Made by a program: the position numbers and the translations under genes
The notes under the pieces: model-generated
The model's database searches: none
Seen by the model: only the letters and a program-made list of their open reading frames with translations
Told to the model about the DNA's origin: nothing
From: Blastocystis sp. subtype 4
Taxonomy: Eukaryota
Reading direction: 5' to 3'
Length of the DNA stretch: 64,000 nt
Assembly (NCBI RefSeq): GCF_000743755.1
Contig: NW_014569541.1
Span: 1 to 64,000 of the forward strand
Shown here: positions 41,051 to 52,889 of the stretch, piece by piece
Numbering within the stretch: position 1 is the first letter of the stretch
How the letters are laid out: each line of letters begins with the position of its first letter

Positions 41051-42453
41051 ATGAAATTCCGATTTGGACAAGATATGTGGGATGTTCCTCTTACTCCTGG
41101 AGCGTCTATTAGGATGTTTACTAAAGACATCGAAGTTGTGTTTGTCTAAGTGGATTAACAATAGGAAAAATGTGGCTCTCCCATAAGAGAACTTGAATTC
41201 TTTAGAAATCGGGACTGTGTGAACTGCGATGAGACTTTGGACTCTCAAGGGATAATAGACCAAGACATGATTCTTATTTTTAACAGTGGCTATGTCAAAG
41301 TTCGATATCGAGGTGAAGAACAAGCTGTACCATATCGGTATCCCATGTTTGACTATGAATCTGTTTTTACACATGCTTTGATTGTAAGAATATAGGAGCT
41401 GAATGTTTGGTAGGTATGGGGTCTAATCTCTCAAGCACCCACACTGAGTCTGGTTGATTGTAGTAATAACTCAATTGATCTGAAACAGCAGATCTCAGTC
41501 GATGGAATTAAGGACGAATATCTACAAATTGTTTCCAAGAATATGGAAGATGAAGATGCACCTGTGAATAAGACGAACAGTCGAGACATTGATGATCCGG
41601 CACATCACCAATATATGATAGCCGTAATGATCTGTTATGAATTCTTTCGTATTCGTCGTACATCTAGTACTAGAGAGCTTCTTGATTATGCCTGTAAAGT
41701 AAATACTTGTAGAAAAAATGATCAATAGTTCTTTAAATATCCCAAAGACAGAACGTACCAACTTATTTCTAAATCTAAACCTGAAATACCACTGGATTTG
41801 GATTTGACTATTGAGGAAAATGGAATAGTTCATGGAATGATACTATATAGTAGGGGTAGTTTAAGATATAAACGCTAGTTCAGGTGGCTAATGAGAAATG
41901 GAAGGAGTCTCCCACAACAGGAACAAATTTGCAATCAGCAGAGGAGGGAGATGATAAGGAGGCAAAGCAAATATCCGAGATAATTGATGATCACAAATCA
42001 GAAGAAGCGACAGAATTGAAGAATAATAAGGATAAGAAGTCTAGTGATATAAAATCCGTAGACGAAACAACCTCTACGACAACTATAGGATTACCGAACC
42101 AATCGCCTATCAAACTCACATCACAAGAAAACAGTGATGTGAATGACGCTAATACCCTACATACGAGTCAGATTAGCATAATGATAGATGAACAAACTGG
42201 CAATCACCCTCAGAACAAAACAGAGACGAAACAATCCGATATCATTTGTTTTGGAGTACAATTCCAAGAAGCGATACGAATGATTAGCATTCCGGATTGT
42301 ATGGTGATAAAAGATCTGATTGAACTCCTACAACAAGTATTCTGCACTAGTCGACAACATCGCTTATATTACAACAATACTGTTCTAGACGGTGAGCGAT
42401 GTTTCCAGACTTATGAAAATCTAAATGGCTGCATTCTAGTGTATAAAGAGTAA
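41051..42453 (+). CDS. Hypothetical protein with ubiquitin-like domain(s)
   Basis: C-terminal VIKDLIELLQ...HRLYYNNTVLDGERCFQTYENLNGCILV and internal DLTIEENGIVHGMILYI resemble UBL folds; start uncertain. Confidence 0.45.
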
Positions 42454-42502
42454 TATGATTGTTTGAAATACTAATATACTTCCTATTCAAATTGTGGAGA
42501 AA

Positions 42503-42584
42503 GCACGGATGCCCGAGTGGTCCAAGGGGTTACGTTAAGGCCGTAATGTGTTCGCACTCGAGGGTTCGAGTCCCTCTTCGTGCA
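42503..42584 (+). tRNA. tRNA-Leu(AAG)
   Basis: GCACGGA/TTCGTGC acceptor, TTACG-TTAAGGC-CGTAA anticodon arm, long variable arm, GGTTCGAGTCC, downstream T-run. Confidence 0.95.
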
Positions 42585-42888
42585 TTTTTCTTTTCATTTC
42601 AAATTCTAGTACCAAAGAGTCTATAGGACAAGTAGACTTCAGTCAACTAGTTCTTATATCTGGAGATATTCTGCTTTTTGGAATTTTGAAATCCCGATTG
42701 AGTTTATCCAGACCTTTTTGACCATTTACTACAGTCTCTGGGTCAGATGAATGACAAGTCAGTAGAGTATATTTTGGTGTAGAGACTGGTTGTTTCCTCT
42801 TAAGAATAGTTGTGAATACCTTTATGAAAGGTATGAAGAGAGATATTTTGAGAAACAAGATCTTTCCCTCCAAGTTGTGGATTTTGTC

Positions 42889-45800
42889 ATGGAACAACTA
42901 AGAGACAAAGTACTTGAGTAGTTGAACTGGTGAATTTGTAGATGCAGAGTAAGAATGCGAGTGTGAAAGAATCTGAGATTCGTCGTTTTGTGAATAATCT
43001 TGTGAATATTCATACACCTCTTTTAGACACATGGTTTGATCGTGATCATGTGGAGGTTCCTGGTATTCCTGATGATCAACAAACAGATTATGTTTCCCAT
43101 GATTCTGCTTCTGGAGTTCAAAGTTTGATTTCAATTTCAAAAGAAGAAGCAGCACCTCTCCTTCAAGAAAGTGTCAACGAACAGCTCTTTGTTGTATTGT
43201 ACTATCAGATAGAACATTATCAACATTGTCGTCGTGGCTGTTCGGTAAGATCATTGGTAATTGTTTATCCACAGACTGTTCAATATTGTGTGTGGTTTCG
43301 ACGTCTTGTTGGTTCTTTTTATTCACCCAACGCATCAATTGCATCCAGTCAACTGGTTAACACTCTGCGAGTGGCTTTAGCTCACAAATCATACTGTACA
43401 AGCTCTACATGCTCTCTGTGTCAGTCTGCACGTGAATATGAGAAAGTAGAAGAATCTCATCATATTAACCCTAGTCCCAAGTACAACTCCTCTCTACGCA
43501 ACAGATTCTTGTGAGTATCATTCCTTCAGAGAATGTAGGGTGTTAAGAATTTTATTTCTCTAGTTCAGGTTGCATGCAGAAACGATTCGTCTTTCTCACT
43601 CTCCAATTTGGAATTCATCATTACGGTCTGAAATTGGATTGATTCTCGACCATATCAAGTATGTTGAGTAAGAAAAAGAATTATCACTAATGTTGAGTGC
43701 TGCTCAAATCTTCGCTGAGCCAGTAGACATTTCGTCTCCAGGATGTAATGAATATTACCAAGTCATTCTTAATCCTATCGATCTCCATACCATGAGCCAC
43801 AAAAATTCACGTGGAGAGTATCACAGCATCAAAGCATTCAAACAGGACTTTGATTTGATGATTTCAAACTGTCTTGAATACAATTATGTCATGATTTTGG
43901 AATTCCATAATTCTTAGCTAAATCAGGATATTATAACATATGCAAAGCTTGTTCAACAATTCTTTGAGAATGACTACTCTCAATTACAGAAACGGGAACA
44001 CAATCTCCTAATCAAGCATCGACAAAACCGCGAGACTCGCATTTGTTCTATTTGTCATGGAGGTGAATCATATTTTAAGCCATCATCTCTCCATTGTGAT
44101 ATCTGTTTGTGTTCAATTGAGGGATCAATGCGATATGTAATGGATCCCTCATTCCATTCTACATGGTGCCTCTCTTGTTATGAAACTTTACCTAATCATA
44201 TTTCCACGGGAATTGGAGACATTGAAAAAACTTCGTTAAGATTACGAGAAATAGAACAGAATGAGAAAGAACAAGTGATAATTGTCGTTGTAAATGATTC
44301 TATAGTGGATTTGTTGTTCCCACTGTAATCGATGGTATCATACAATATGTGTCCTCATTGATCATTGTTCTTGCTCTCAGAAGTTTGTATGTCCATCTTG
44401 TGTGAATTCATTACCATCGAGTCCCAAAGCCTCATCCTTACCATCATCAAGTTCTCAAACCTTACCCAGTCTTCAAGCCTCATCCTTACCATCATCCAGT
44501 CCTCAGACTTCATCCTTACCATCATCCATTCCTCAGACTTCATCACTACCATCATCCATTCCTCAAGCCTCTTCCTTACCATCTTGTCATTTGAGTGATT
44601 TCATTGAATCCAGACTTAAATCTCGTATTCATGAAATCCGTCAGAATTATGCCAATTCTCACAATATGAGTCTTCAGGACACTCCATGTCCAGACCATCT
44701 TACTGTGCGTGTATTGTGTAATGAGGTGGAGCCATTACTACTGAATTATCTTAAGAACCGTCAACTTCTCATAGACATGCACGTCTCCTGGTACTTCAAA
44801 GAATTAAATCTACCCAAATCACTTGCGTATAACCAGAAATGCATTTGTGTGTTCCAAGTATATGTCGTTGTATCATTTTCAATAGAATCATTTGAACATT
44901 GATGTTCTTGTGTTTGTTCTCTTTGTGTTTGAATGTCCATATGATTGTATGTTCAATCAAAGGACTGCTTATATCTCATATATTGATAGGTGATAAGAGA
45001 ATACGTAACTTCATAATTAGTGTGACCTACATCACTCCTTCATCATTTCGAAAGGTCGTGAATCAGAGTGTTATTATTAGTTATTTAGAATATCTCCAAC
45101 AAAAGGGATATAATCGTGTTTCTATTTGGATGTGTCCTTCTACAAAAGGTGATGATTACATTTTGTCATATCAAATGAAGGAACTAATACATAGTTTTTC
45201 TCATCCTTCTAATCAGTATATGCCAAAAAAACCAAGTCTTATTCGTTGGTATATGGAATTATTAAATGAAGCCAATTCCCGCGGGATTGTAAGTGAAGTG
45301 TGTAACTTAGTTGACATGTATTTGACAGGTCGTTTTGGGATTCAGTAGGATTGAAACTCTGCTTTGATTCGAAGAATGAGTGATGATGCAGTGTTGCAGA
45401 TTCCCTTATTTCAAGGGGATTATTGGTCCAAAGTCTTAGAATCCAAGTGTAAAGACTTGTTTGAGTCTGGCGAATCACCGTTCGATCCAACTGCACCATT
45501 TGATGGGAAAAAACAGAAACGTGGTAAACTGTTAACAGGAATGTATGAAACATTGAAAGTAGGAAGTGATAAATCAGTTGAAATAAGATGGTGAAAACGC
45601 AGTTGCTGATCATCTCACTCCAACATCAATGTCAGTTTTGTGGCCGATATCTTCGAGAGGAAGATCATTTCTCTATAGATATTCCTCCTCAGATTAAATC
45701 CACCCACAACAATAACATTCCTTCTGATGTATACATTTGTAAATCATGTGTCCCAATCCACTTCAGTCAATCTGATCCTCATCATATGCATCCTCGAAAA

Positions 45801-46306
45801 ACAGTTCATTTAGTTGATATGAATCCTCTATTCACATCTCCCATATTCTCCGATCGACATGTATTTCTTGGCTTCTGTCAAGAGAATCATTTTGAGTTCA
45901 GCGAAGTGAGTGATATCTGTTGAATATGAATTAGTTACGACGAGCTCTGTATTCTAGTTATAAGATTCTTCAAAGCTGTCTTCATGATCAAATTCAATTC
46001 AAACCGTGGAGGTGTTCAGTGGTTCAGATATCTATGGTTATTTATAAATAGTGTGAAAATGATATTCTCTCTGGGTATTGCTGGCTATGTCTCCAATGTT
46101 CACAGTATCATATCTGTGATTCGTGTAAGCTTCTATCGATTCATCCCCATTCCTTCATCCAGATTGATGCTTCTACGGGTTATTCCAAAGATCCTGTGAA
46201 CGATTTGCTATTTCTTTCGATGGTGACACCAGGGTTGTCGCCAGTGAAGCGAAAGACGAAAAAGGAAAATAGAGATTTTTTAACGAAAAGAGAATGTGTT
46301 CTTTAG
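42889..46306 (+). CDS. p300/CBP-like histone acetyltransferase (TAZ-like, bromo, PHD, KAT11, ZZ-like)
   Basis: HC..CS..C..H..C zinc module; IFAEPVD...YYQVILNPIDL bromodomain; AYISYIDS, IWMCPSTKGDDYI, HPSNQ..PK..LIRWY, FQGDYW; start approximate. Confidence 0.88.
44410..44585 (+). repeat. Coding tandem repeat, ~30 bp unit (PQxSSLPSSx), ~5-6 copies
   Basis: Repeated cctcaXXcttcatccttaccatcatc between PHD and HAT domain. Confidence 0.85.
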
Positions 46307-46368
46307 TTGATTGTTTGTTGATCAGTGAATTCTTCGTTATTGTTAGGTGTGTAACTGGGTAATTCTAA

Positions 46369-47528
46369 ATGTTTATTTCTCGCGTCTTACGACTCCCAGG
46401 TCGAGTTTGTCCTTCTTTGTGGACATGTATGAAGGGATGTCGTTTCCCCTTCACATTTGTCTCTTCTATGAGTTTTTCAACTACTGGAACGGAAAAGAAG
46501 CCAGTTCTTCTCCCACCTCGGTTTGATTGTCCTTTTCTCTTGATTAATAGAAGTAACGATGAACTCAATATTGTTAACAAATACTTGAGCTTGATAAATC
46601 ACTGTGATTATCGAAAGCCTTTTGTAGTCCAAAGAAATGTTCTTAACCTATAGTTAGTTTCTGAAACAAAGAATTTGATCGCTCAGAATGTGTTTCTATT
46701 GCCTGGAGTAATCATAGAGAGTGGAAGTCATGAATAGGAGTTATCGACAGTACTAAGTTATTTGTATCGAATGCACTGTACAAAGCTCGTATTGGAAGTG
46801 TATCAGTTCTATGATCGTGAACACAAATATGGACTGTATAATTCAAATTCAATAAAATATACAATGCTTTGTGCAGCAGCAGAAAAAGATATGCATACAT
46901 TACAACAAATCTACAATTCGCTTACGGAGAGTCGTCAAAAGAGTATTATCATCACTTGTACATTCTTTTAAACCATTTTACAGATAGCAACGTACATTCG
47001 CTGTCTTCTCTCGCTGAATAAACTAAAAACTGCAACTACTCTTCTCTCTTCTATGTTAAATAGTCCAGATTATTGTAGACATTATGTTATCAGTAAAAAT
47101 GATGTCTATAGCAATATTATTGTGGGTAGGCTTGATTCGTTGATTCAAGTGTAGGTTTCTACGAAGGTCATTATTATGATCGATGTCTTCAAGCATTCCA
47201 CTCTATTCGCCCTCTGTCTCCCGCAATTTCTGTAGAGAAAAAGGATCTGGAGGAAAACGAAGACAGATGGAAATCTATCCAAAATTCTCTCTGTTATAGT
47301 TCTGTGATTGGATCATATTATGCTCAAGGTGATTTCAAGTCTGTTCTTCAGTATTATGATGAATGTCGTCAATTAGGACTATTTCCTGGTTTTGCCGAAG
47401 GTATGATGGTAGCAAAGTGTTATGAGGGTTCTGAAGACTACAAGACAAGATTGGAGGAGATTCTGGAGAAGAACGAACAGTTCACAGGAATTCCAGCATC
47501 TGAGCTGTATTTTGTATTTCAATATTAG
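46369..47528 (+). CDS. Putative mitochondrial helical-repeat (PPR-like) protein
   Basis: Targeting-like N-terminus; CYSSVIGSYYAQGDFKSVLQYYDECRQLGLFP is PPR-like. Confidence 0.5.
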
Positions 47529-48044
47529 TGATATATAGAGATCGATATATGCAGAGTCTAGCAAAAGTTCCTCAATTCCGCAAGGCCATTCAACAAGTGT
47601 ACTGGAATTGGTATTATCATCGTCACTGTGCTCCAAAATTGGATTTGAGTCGAAATACAATTAGTAGGACATGAATTAGTTGTTTGACATGAAGCTGTAT
47701 TTTGTGGTGATAAACGATGTCCTGGGAACATCAGTCAATTAGTAGCATCTTTTTATGATATGAAGCGTTATGGAATGCGAGACTTGTCGGATACTCGTTT
47801 TGTCGTAAAGACAGCAAATAACGAAGAAGCACTGAAAGAGATATGTGAGTTTCTCGAGAATGAAGCATATCCGTTGTTGGGATATGAAATTGAGGTGAGA
47901 TATGAGAGAGAGTAATCATATAGAATAATACAATTTGTGTGAATGTGAATGATGCAACCCATTGGGTGAAAGAACGACGAAGAATGCAGTTGGAGCTGCG
48001 ATGATCTTTTAGTTTGTATTTGTTACAAACAAAACAACACATGC

Positions 48045-48060
48045 GGTGTTCATGAACACC
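48045..48060 (-). other. 6-bp stem / 4-nt loop hairpin (perfect 16-bp palindrome) in H1 3' UTR
   Basis: GGTGTT-CATG-AACACC, 32 nt after the H1 stop. Confidence 0.45.
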
Positions 48061-48092
48061 TGAAAGAGAGTTAGCAACCCTTGTTTATCAGT

Positions 48093-48716
48093 CTACTTGG
48101 ATGTGGTCTTAGCGGGGGTTTCCTTCTTCTTGGGAGCACACTTCTTTGTAGATTTCTCAGTTACTTTCTTTTCCTTCTTCTCGGTCACCTTCTTCTCCTT
48201 CTTCTCAGTCACTTTCTTTTCCTTCTTTTCCGTCTTCTTGTCAGCCACCTTCTTCTCCTTCTTCTCGGACTTCTTAGGGGCAGCCTTCTTAGTAGACTCC
48301 TTCTTTGGCTTCTCTGCGCCTTCCTTCTTAGTCTTCTTCGTAGACTCCTTCTTTGTCGTCGTCTTCTTAGTAGCCTTCTTGGTTGCCTTCTCTCCCTCCT
48401 TCTTAGGAGCAGCCTTCTTGGTGGTCTTCTTTTCCGATTTCTTTCCAGTCGACTTCTTCAGAGTACTTTTTACTATTTGATAGGAGTTGGCATGATAACG
48501 ATTCGGAGCCAACTCGTTATTCACAAGCATCTTCTTGATAATGGTACGCACCAAGGTGTGTTTGAGAGTTACATCGGGGTGTTTCTCCTTTATGTATTTC
48601 TCAATAGCCATGATAGAACTACCTTTATGACTCTTCAACTCAACAATAGCCTCGATAATAAGCTTCTTGTAAGGTACAGAGATCTTCTTAGGTTTCGTTT
48701 CAGTCTTTTCACTCAT
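48093..48716 (-). CDS. H1: Linker histone H1 with winged-helix globular domain, intronless
   Basis: PYKKLIIEAIVELKSHKGSSIMAIEKYI...NSYQI followed by K/A/T-rich tail with KKEKKVTE repeats. Confidence 0.9.
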   Translation of the reverse strand: MSEKTETKPKKISVPYKKLIIEAIVELKSHKGSSIMAIEKYIKEKHPDVTLKHTLVRTIIKKMLVNNELAPNRYHANSYQIVKSTLKKSTGKKSEKKTTKKAAPKKEGEKATKKATKKTTTKKESTKKTKKEGAEKPKKESTKKAAPKKSEKKEKKVADKKTEKKEKKVTEKKEKKVTEKKEKKVTEKSTKKCAPKKKETPAKTTSK

Positions 48717-48832
48717 AGATTATAGTCAGGGGGATAACAAAACAAATACTGAAGATGAAGAACTAAATTATATCTGGTGGGAAACAAATGATTAACCAAT
48801 CAACTCTCAATATTCAATCCTTACGATTTTTG

Positions 48833-48840
48833 TTTCCCGC
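48833..48840 (-). promoter_or_regulatory. E2F-like element upstream of H1
   Basis: TTTCCCGC ~117 bp upstream of the ATG, CCAAT at ~48796. Confidence 0.4.
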
Positions 48841-49354
48841 CTATTAGACAGAATTCTTAGGTATCTTCGCCTCCTTATATCTCGCTTATTCTAACTCTCT
48901 TGGCAATATTATTTGAACCCTTGATAAATAACATTCTAATAAACAATTTCCCAAAGAGAAATTGTTGAATACCTTTATATAACTTAAGATAATAACCAAA
49001 AAAGGGATCTATGAAAAAACATCATTCCAAACACTTTTCAATTCTAAGACCTGATTAACCCTATCCTTTTTCTAATAACAATAAGGAGATAAGAACTTTG
49101 TCCTTTAACTTTGTCTTCTACACATTGTGCTGTAGTCTATGTATAAGTTATAGCAGAGAAGGACTAACCTTGTCCCTGGAAATGTCCCTTAAAAGATGGG
49201 ATACACTGTTTCATTATCTTAGAATGGTTAGTTATGATAGTTCAACTCTGTATGAATGTGTTAGTAGAAAGTGGTGATGGAATGAAACATGTCTTCTGTA
49301 GAAAGAGTAGAAATATTATTGTAAGAAGATGGGTATCTGAACAAATAAACCATA

Positions 49355-50386
49355 TTACTCCTTCTTCTCTTTCTCCACTTTGTCTTTTGCCCACTTTTCA
49401 ATACGATAGATGTATGTATTCATTCCAGTATCGAGAACCGAAGAATCCGGAGGGAGATAAGAGAGGTCCAGACCGTACATTTCCTACCAATCATCTCATT
49501 TTCATTCCCCTACTGCAGACGATTCGATTCCAAGATTGTTCGCCAAATCCTGGAAGAATGATACATTCTTGCGAAATGATGGAGAACGAAACTATTCTTA
49601 ACGTTATCGCCTAGTCGTACAATACGTTTTAGACCTGAGGGAGTACGTAAACACTCAGGTACAAGTGGATACAATCTCTTACAGATGTCTTCATTGTCGA
49701 ATATCGATTCCACATGTCGATCCTTCATGAATGTAACGATATTTAGGGGCTTACTGCGCTCGAATTCTTCACGAACGACATGTTCCTTCTCCCTAAGTAT
49801 TAGAAAGAAGCATAAAATGGACATAGTTTGAATGCTCAGATCAAAGGATGTAAGAAAGCGAGATATCACTGAAGGATCCGGTTCCTACATATTACACCCC
49901 CGAAACAATCATGCCTGACACCAGAAGAAATAGGGGAATCGGTCTTCATGGGCTTTCTTCTTGCGAAGTAGGAAGATTACAGCAGACTCCACTTCCGTAT
50001 ACTATTCAAATCACAAAGCTCTAATGATCCTACTCGAATGAATTCATACTCATAAGTAATGTTAATAACCTAGAACGCTTAATTAACAACAACAGAACGA
50101 ATACAATAGGTTTTGATCCAAAGGACTCCCTCTTGCTCGTCCAACGCAATTCATATATACCATAGGACAATTCACGTTCTGTAGCAACAATCGTCTCTGT
50201 TACATTCTTGCAATAGAGTTCAAGGATTCCAAGTTCATCAACGGGAGTGATCTGAATCGAATCAGCAAGTAGCGTCTTATTTCGTGCCCATCCAGCACGA
50301 ATCGAAGTGACGAGATTAAACTGAAGATAATTGCTTGCAAAACACTCTCCTACTTCTCCAACTTTCTTAGTCGTAATTTGACTCAT
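49355..50386 (-). CDS. Hypothetical protein
   Basis: ORFs 50030 and 49510 joined by short introns; TAA followed by TATTTGTT. Confidence 0.5.
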
Positions 50387-50448
50387 ATGGAATAATCTGT
50401 CAAACAAACAATGAACAGTTCTCAGAAGTTGAGACTTACATCCCCAGT

Positions 50449-51182
50449 TTACAGAAGAATACCCAAATAATTAGAATTTGGATACTTGGTTGTTAAGTGT
50501 GGCCATTGCACAATAAAGTCATCTGCAATTGGATACAGAATTTTACCGCTCATGCTTAATCTACCTGTAACACCTGTAGAGATCCTCTACCGTTCTACTC
50601 GACAGAAACTCTCAACAAAGACAATTCTACACTTTAGAATATTGAGCGCACGGAATAGTGCAACACTAAGCGCAATAGGAACACATGTTCCTAGTCATTA
50701 ACGAGATTTCATTACCATACCTGGACCATTTAAAATCAACAGAGAAGGAGACTCTTCAAGAACAAGGTGTAGACTCTGGAACAATGCCAAAAGAGTCGAG
50801 AAAATGGATGTGAAATAGGACTGACCCACTTCTCGACTTCGAGGAATAGACCGAATGGAATAAATGAGATCGAGCTACATGAAATACATTAAAAAAACGA
50901 CTACACTGGACTCTGCGAGATATATTGGGCTTTTAGTGTCAGTATCAGCATGTACGAATACAATAGGAGCAAACTGACTGGAATTCAAGTTCCGAATCAG
51001 TGAAATCATCTCAGAAGTGTGTCCTCCTACAGTGAATTGCAAATCTATAATGTACCCGATCCCAAAACAATCATAGTCTTCACAGGAGCATTCCTAACGA
51101 TTCCGTTTTCCTTATAACACTTCAAAACGATATATGCAATCAAAATCAAAGCAATGACGAATGTTGCAAATAAGGCATCCAT
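50449..51182 (-). CDS. ALG14: UDP-GlcNAc transferase subunit Alg14
   Basis: TMIVLGS/GGHTSEM, IPRSREVGQSY, LILNGP/GTCVP, VFVESFCRV, GKILYPIADDFIVQWP. Confidence 0.92.
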
Positions 51183-51210
51183 CGTCAGCAAGTAATAGAG
51201 GAAAGAAAAA

Positions 51211-51284
51211 TGCTCAAACGGGGGATCGAACCCCAGACCTTCGCGTTATTAGCACGACGCTCTAACCAGCTGAGCTATTCGAGC
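51211..51284 (-). tRNA. tRNA-Ile(AAT)
   Basis: Reverse complement GCTCGAATAGCTCAGCTGGTTAGAGCGTCGTGCTAATAACGCGAAGGTCTGGGGTTCGATCCCCCGTTTGAGCA. Confidence 0.95.
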
Positions 51285-51345
51285 ACATTATCCTCTGTTT
51301 CACAGACTATAAAATGAAAACATTCTGCTTGTCCTTCAATTCCAA

Positions 51346-52864
51346 ATGCATCGAGTCGTGATTACAGGTGTTGGTGCAGTTACTCCATTTGGAATCGGAA
51401 TGGCACACTGTTACGAACAGCTATTGTTGGGTAGAACAGCTATTCATGTATTAAGTAAAAATGGTATGTTATGAAATAGAAACTTCAAGATCCTGAATTT
51501 GCGAATTGTAAATGTAAGATTGGTGCCACTGTTCCTCGTGAGGGAACTCCTTGTTGGTGGTATTACTCCTATAAATAGAGTAGATGCCTACAGTGCTAAT
51601 TCCTATCATGTAACAGACAAAGCCACACAACCCGATGTTATTGGATATGCTGTTGCCGCCGCCACCGAAGCGTTAAAAGTACATTTTGGCTGCTAGTTTC
51701 AGTGAATAGGAATCTCAAGTTGGAGATTACTACTTGAAGGACAGGACAGTAGTCTAGTTCGATAGGATCTTATCTAGGGGGTATTCATTTCTACTGGAAT
51801 CGGGAATATCCAAGAAATCGATGAAGCTAGTAGGTTTTTGACCAATGGAAAGAGGTATTGATTTGGTGAATTCATGATGATGAGATTAAGTCCATTTTTT
51901 GTTCCTCGGATCCTGAACAACTTGCCCGCTTCCAATGTGTCGATTCGCTTTGGCTTCACGGGTCCTTGTGTTAGCAACAATATGGCTTGTGCTTCTTCTG
52001 CATACAGTATATTAGAAGCGTTGCGATCAATCCGATCAGGAGAATGTGACTTTGCTCTTGCAGGTGGAACAGAAAGCTGTATTGGTCGTATCAGTTATAA
52101 TGGATTTGGTTCAATGCATGCATTATCTACTCATTTTAATGATCATCCTGAAGAAGGCTCTCGACCGTTTGACAAACAACGTAATGGTTTTGTGATGGGT
52201 GAAGGAGGAAGTAAGGAAGAGAATTGGTTCATTATGCAGTTGTGTTGAGTCTGGAACAATTGGATCATGCAAAAGCACGAAACGCCCCAATTTTAATATC
52301 CAAACATATTTCGAGGATTATTTCCTTTACAAAACTGTGAGATTGTGAATGGAGCTGTGAACTGCGATGCGTATCATGTGACTTCTCCCATACCAGAAGG
52401 TGATGGTGCTAAACAGTCTTCATCTGTTTATTCTATGATTGATAGATGTATGGAGACAGTGTTGAGGAATGCTGGTGTTCCAGCGGAGGCAGTTGGATAC
52501 ATCAATGCACATGCGACTTCTACACAGATTGGAGATAAGGCAGAGATGATGGCAATTTCAAAAGTATTTCAGAACTGCCAGAAGAACCTCCGAATTTCGT
52601 CTACGAAAGGAGCGACAGGTCATTTATTAGGTGCAGCAGGTGCAATTGAAGCTGGAATCTGCGCATACTCTTTAGTTCATGTAGTATTGATGGAATGAAA
52701 TGAGTCTGAGGGAAAGGCTCCGGGAACCCTGAATTTGAAAGAGACAGACATTGATTATGGATTTGATTTGATTCGAGAACAGACGACAATCAGTAAGGAA
52801 TATGCTCTGTCCAATTCTTTTGGGTTTGGTGGAGTGAATGTAAGTCTTTTGATGAAGCGATTGT
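51346..52864 (+). CDS. OXSM: Mitochondrial beta-ketoacyl-ACP synthase (FabF/OXSM)
   Basis: MHRVVITGVGAVTPFG, MACASS, SRPFDKQRNGFVMGEG, INAHATST, STKGATGHLLGAAG, SNSFGFGGVN. Confidence 0.93.
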
Positions 52865-52889
52865 TGGTTATTTGTTGAATAAACATGAA

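Noticed and set aside
47530..48005. Probable small plus-strand gene ending ...MQLELR
   Set aside because: Start and identity unsupported
48081..48725. Long plus-strand hydrophobic ORFs opposite H1
   Set aside because: Antisense shadows of Lys-rich AAG codons
52672..52889. Real antisense overlap of HEAT protein C-terminus with KAS
   Set aside because: Better explained by a poly(A)-made stop at 52890
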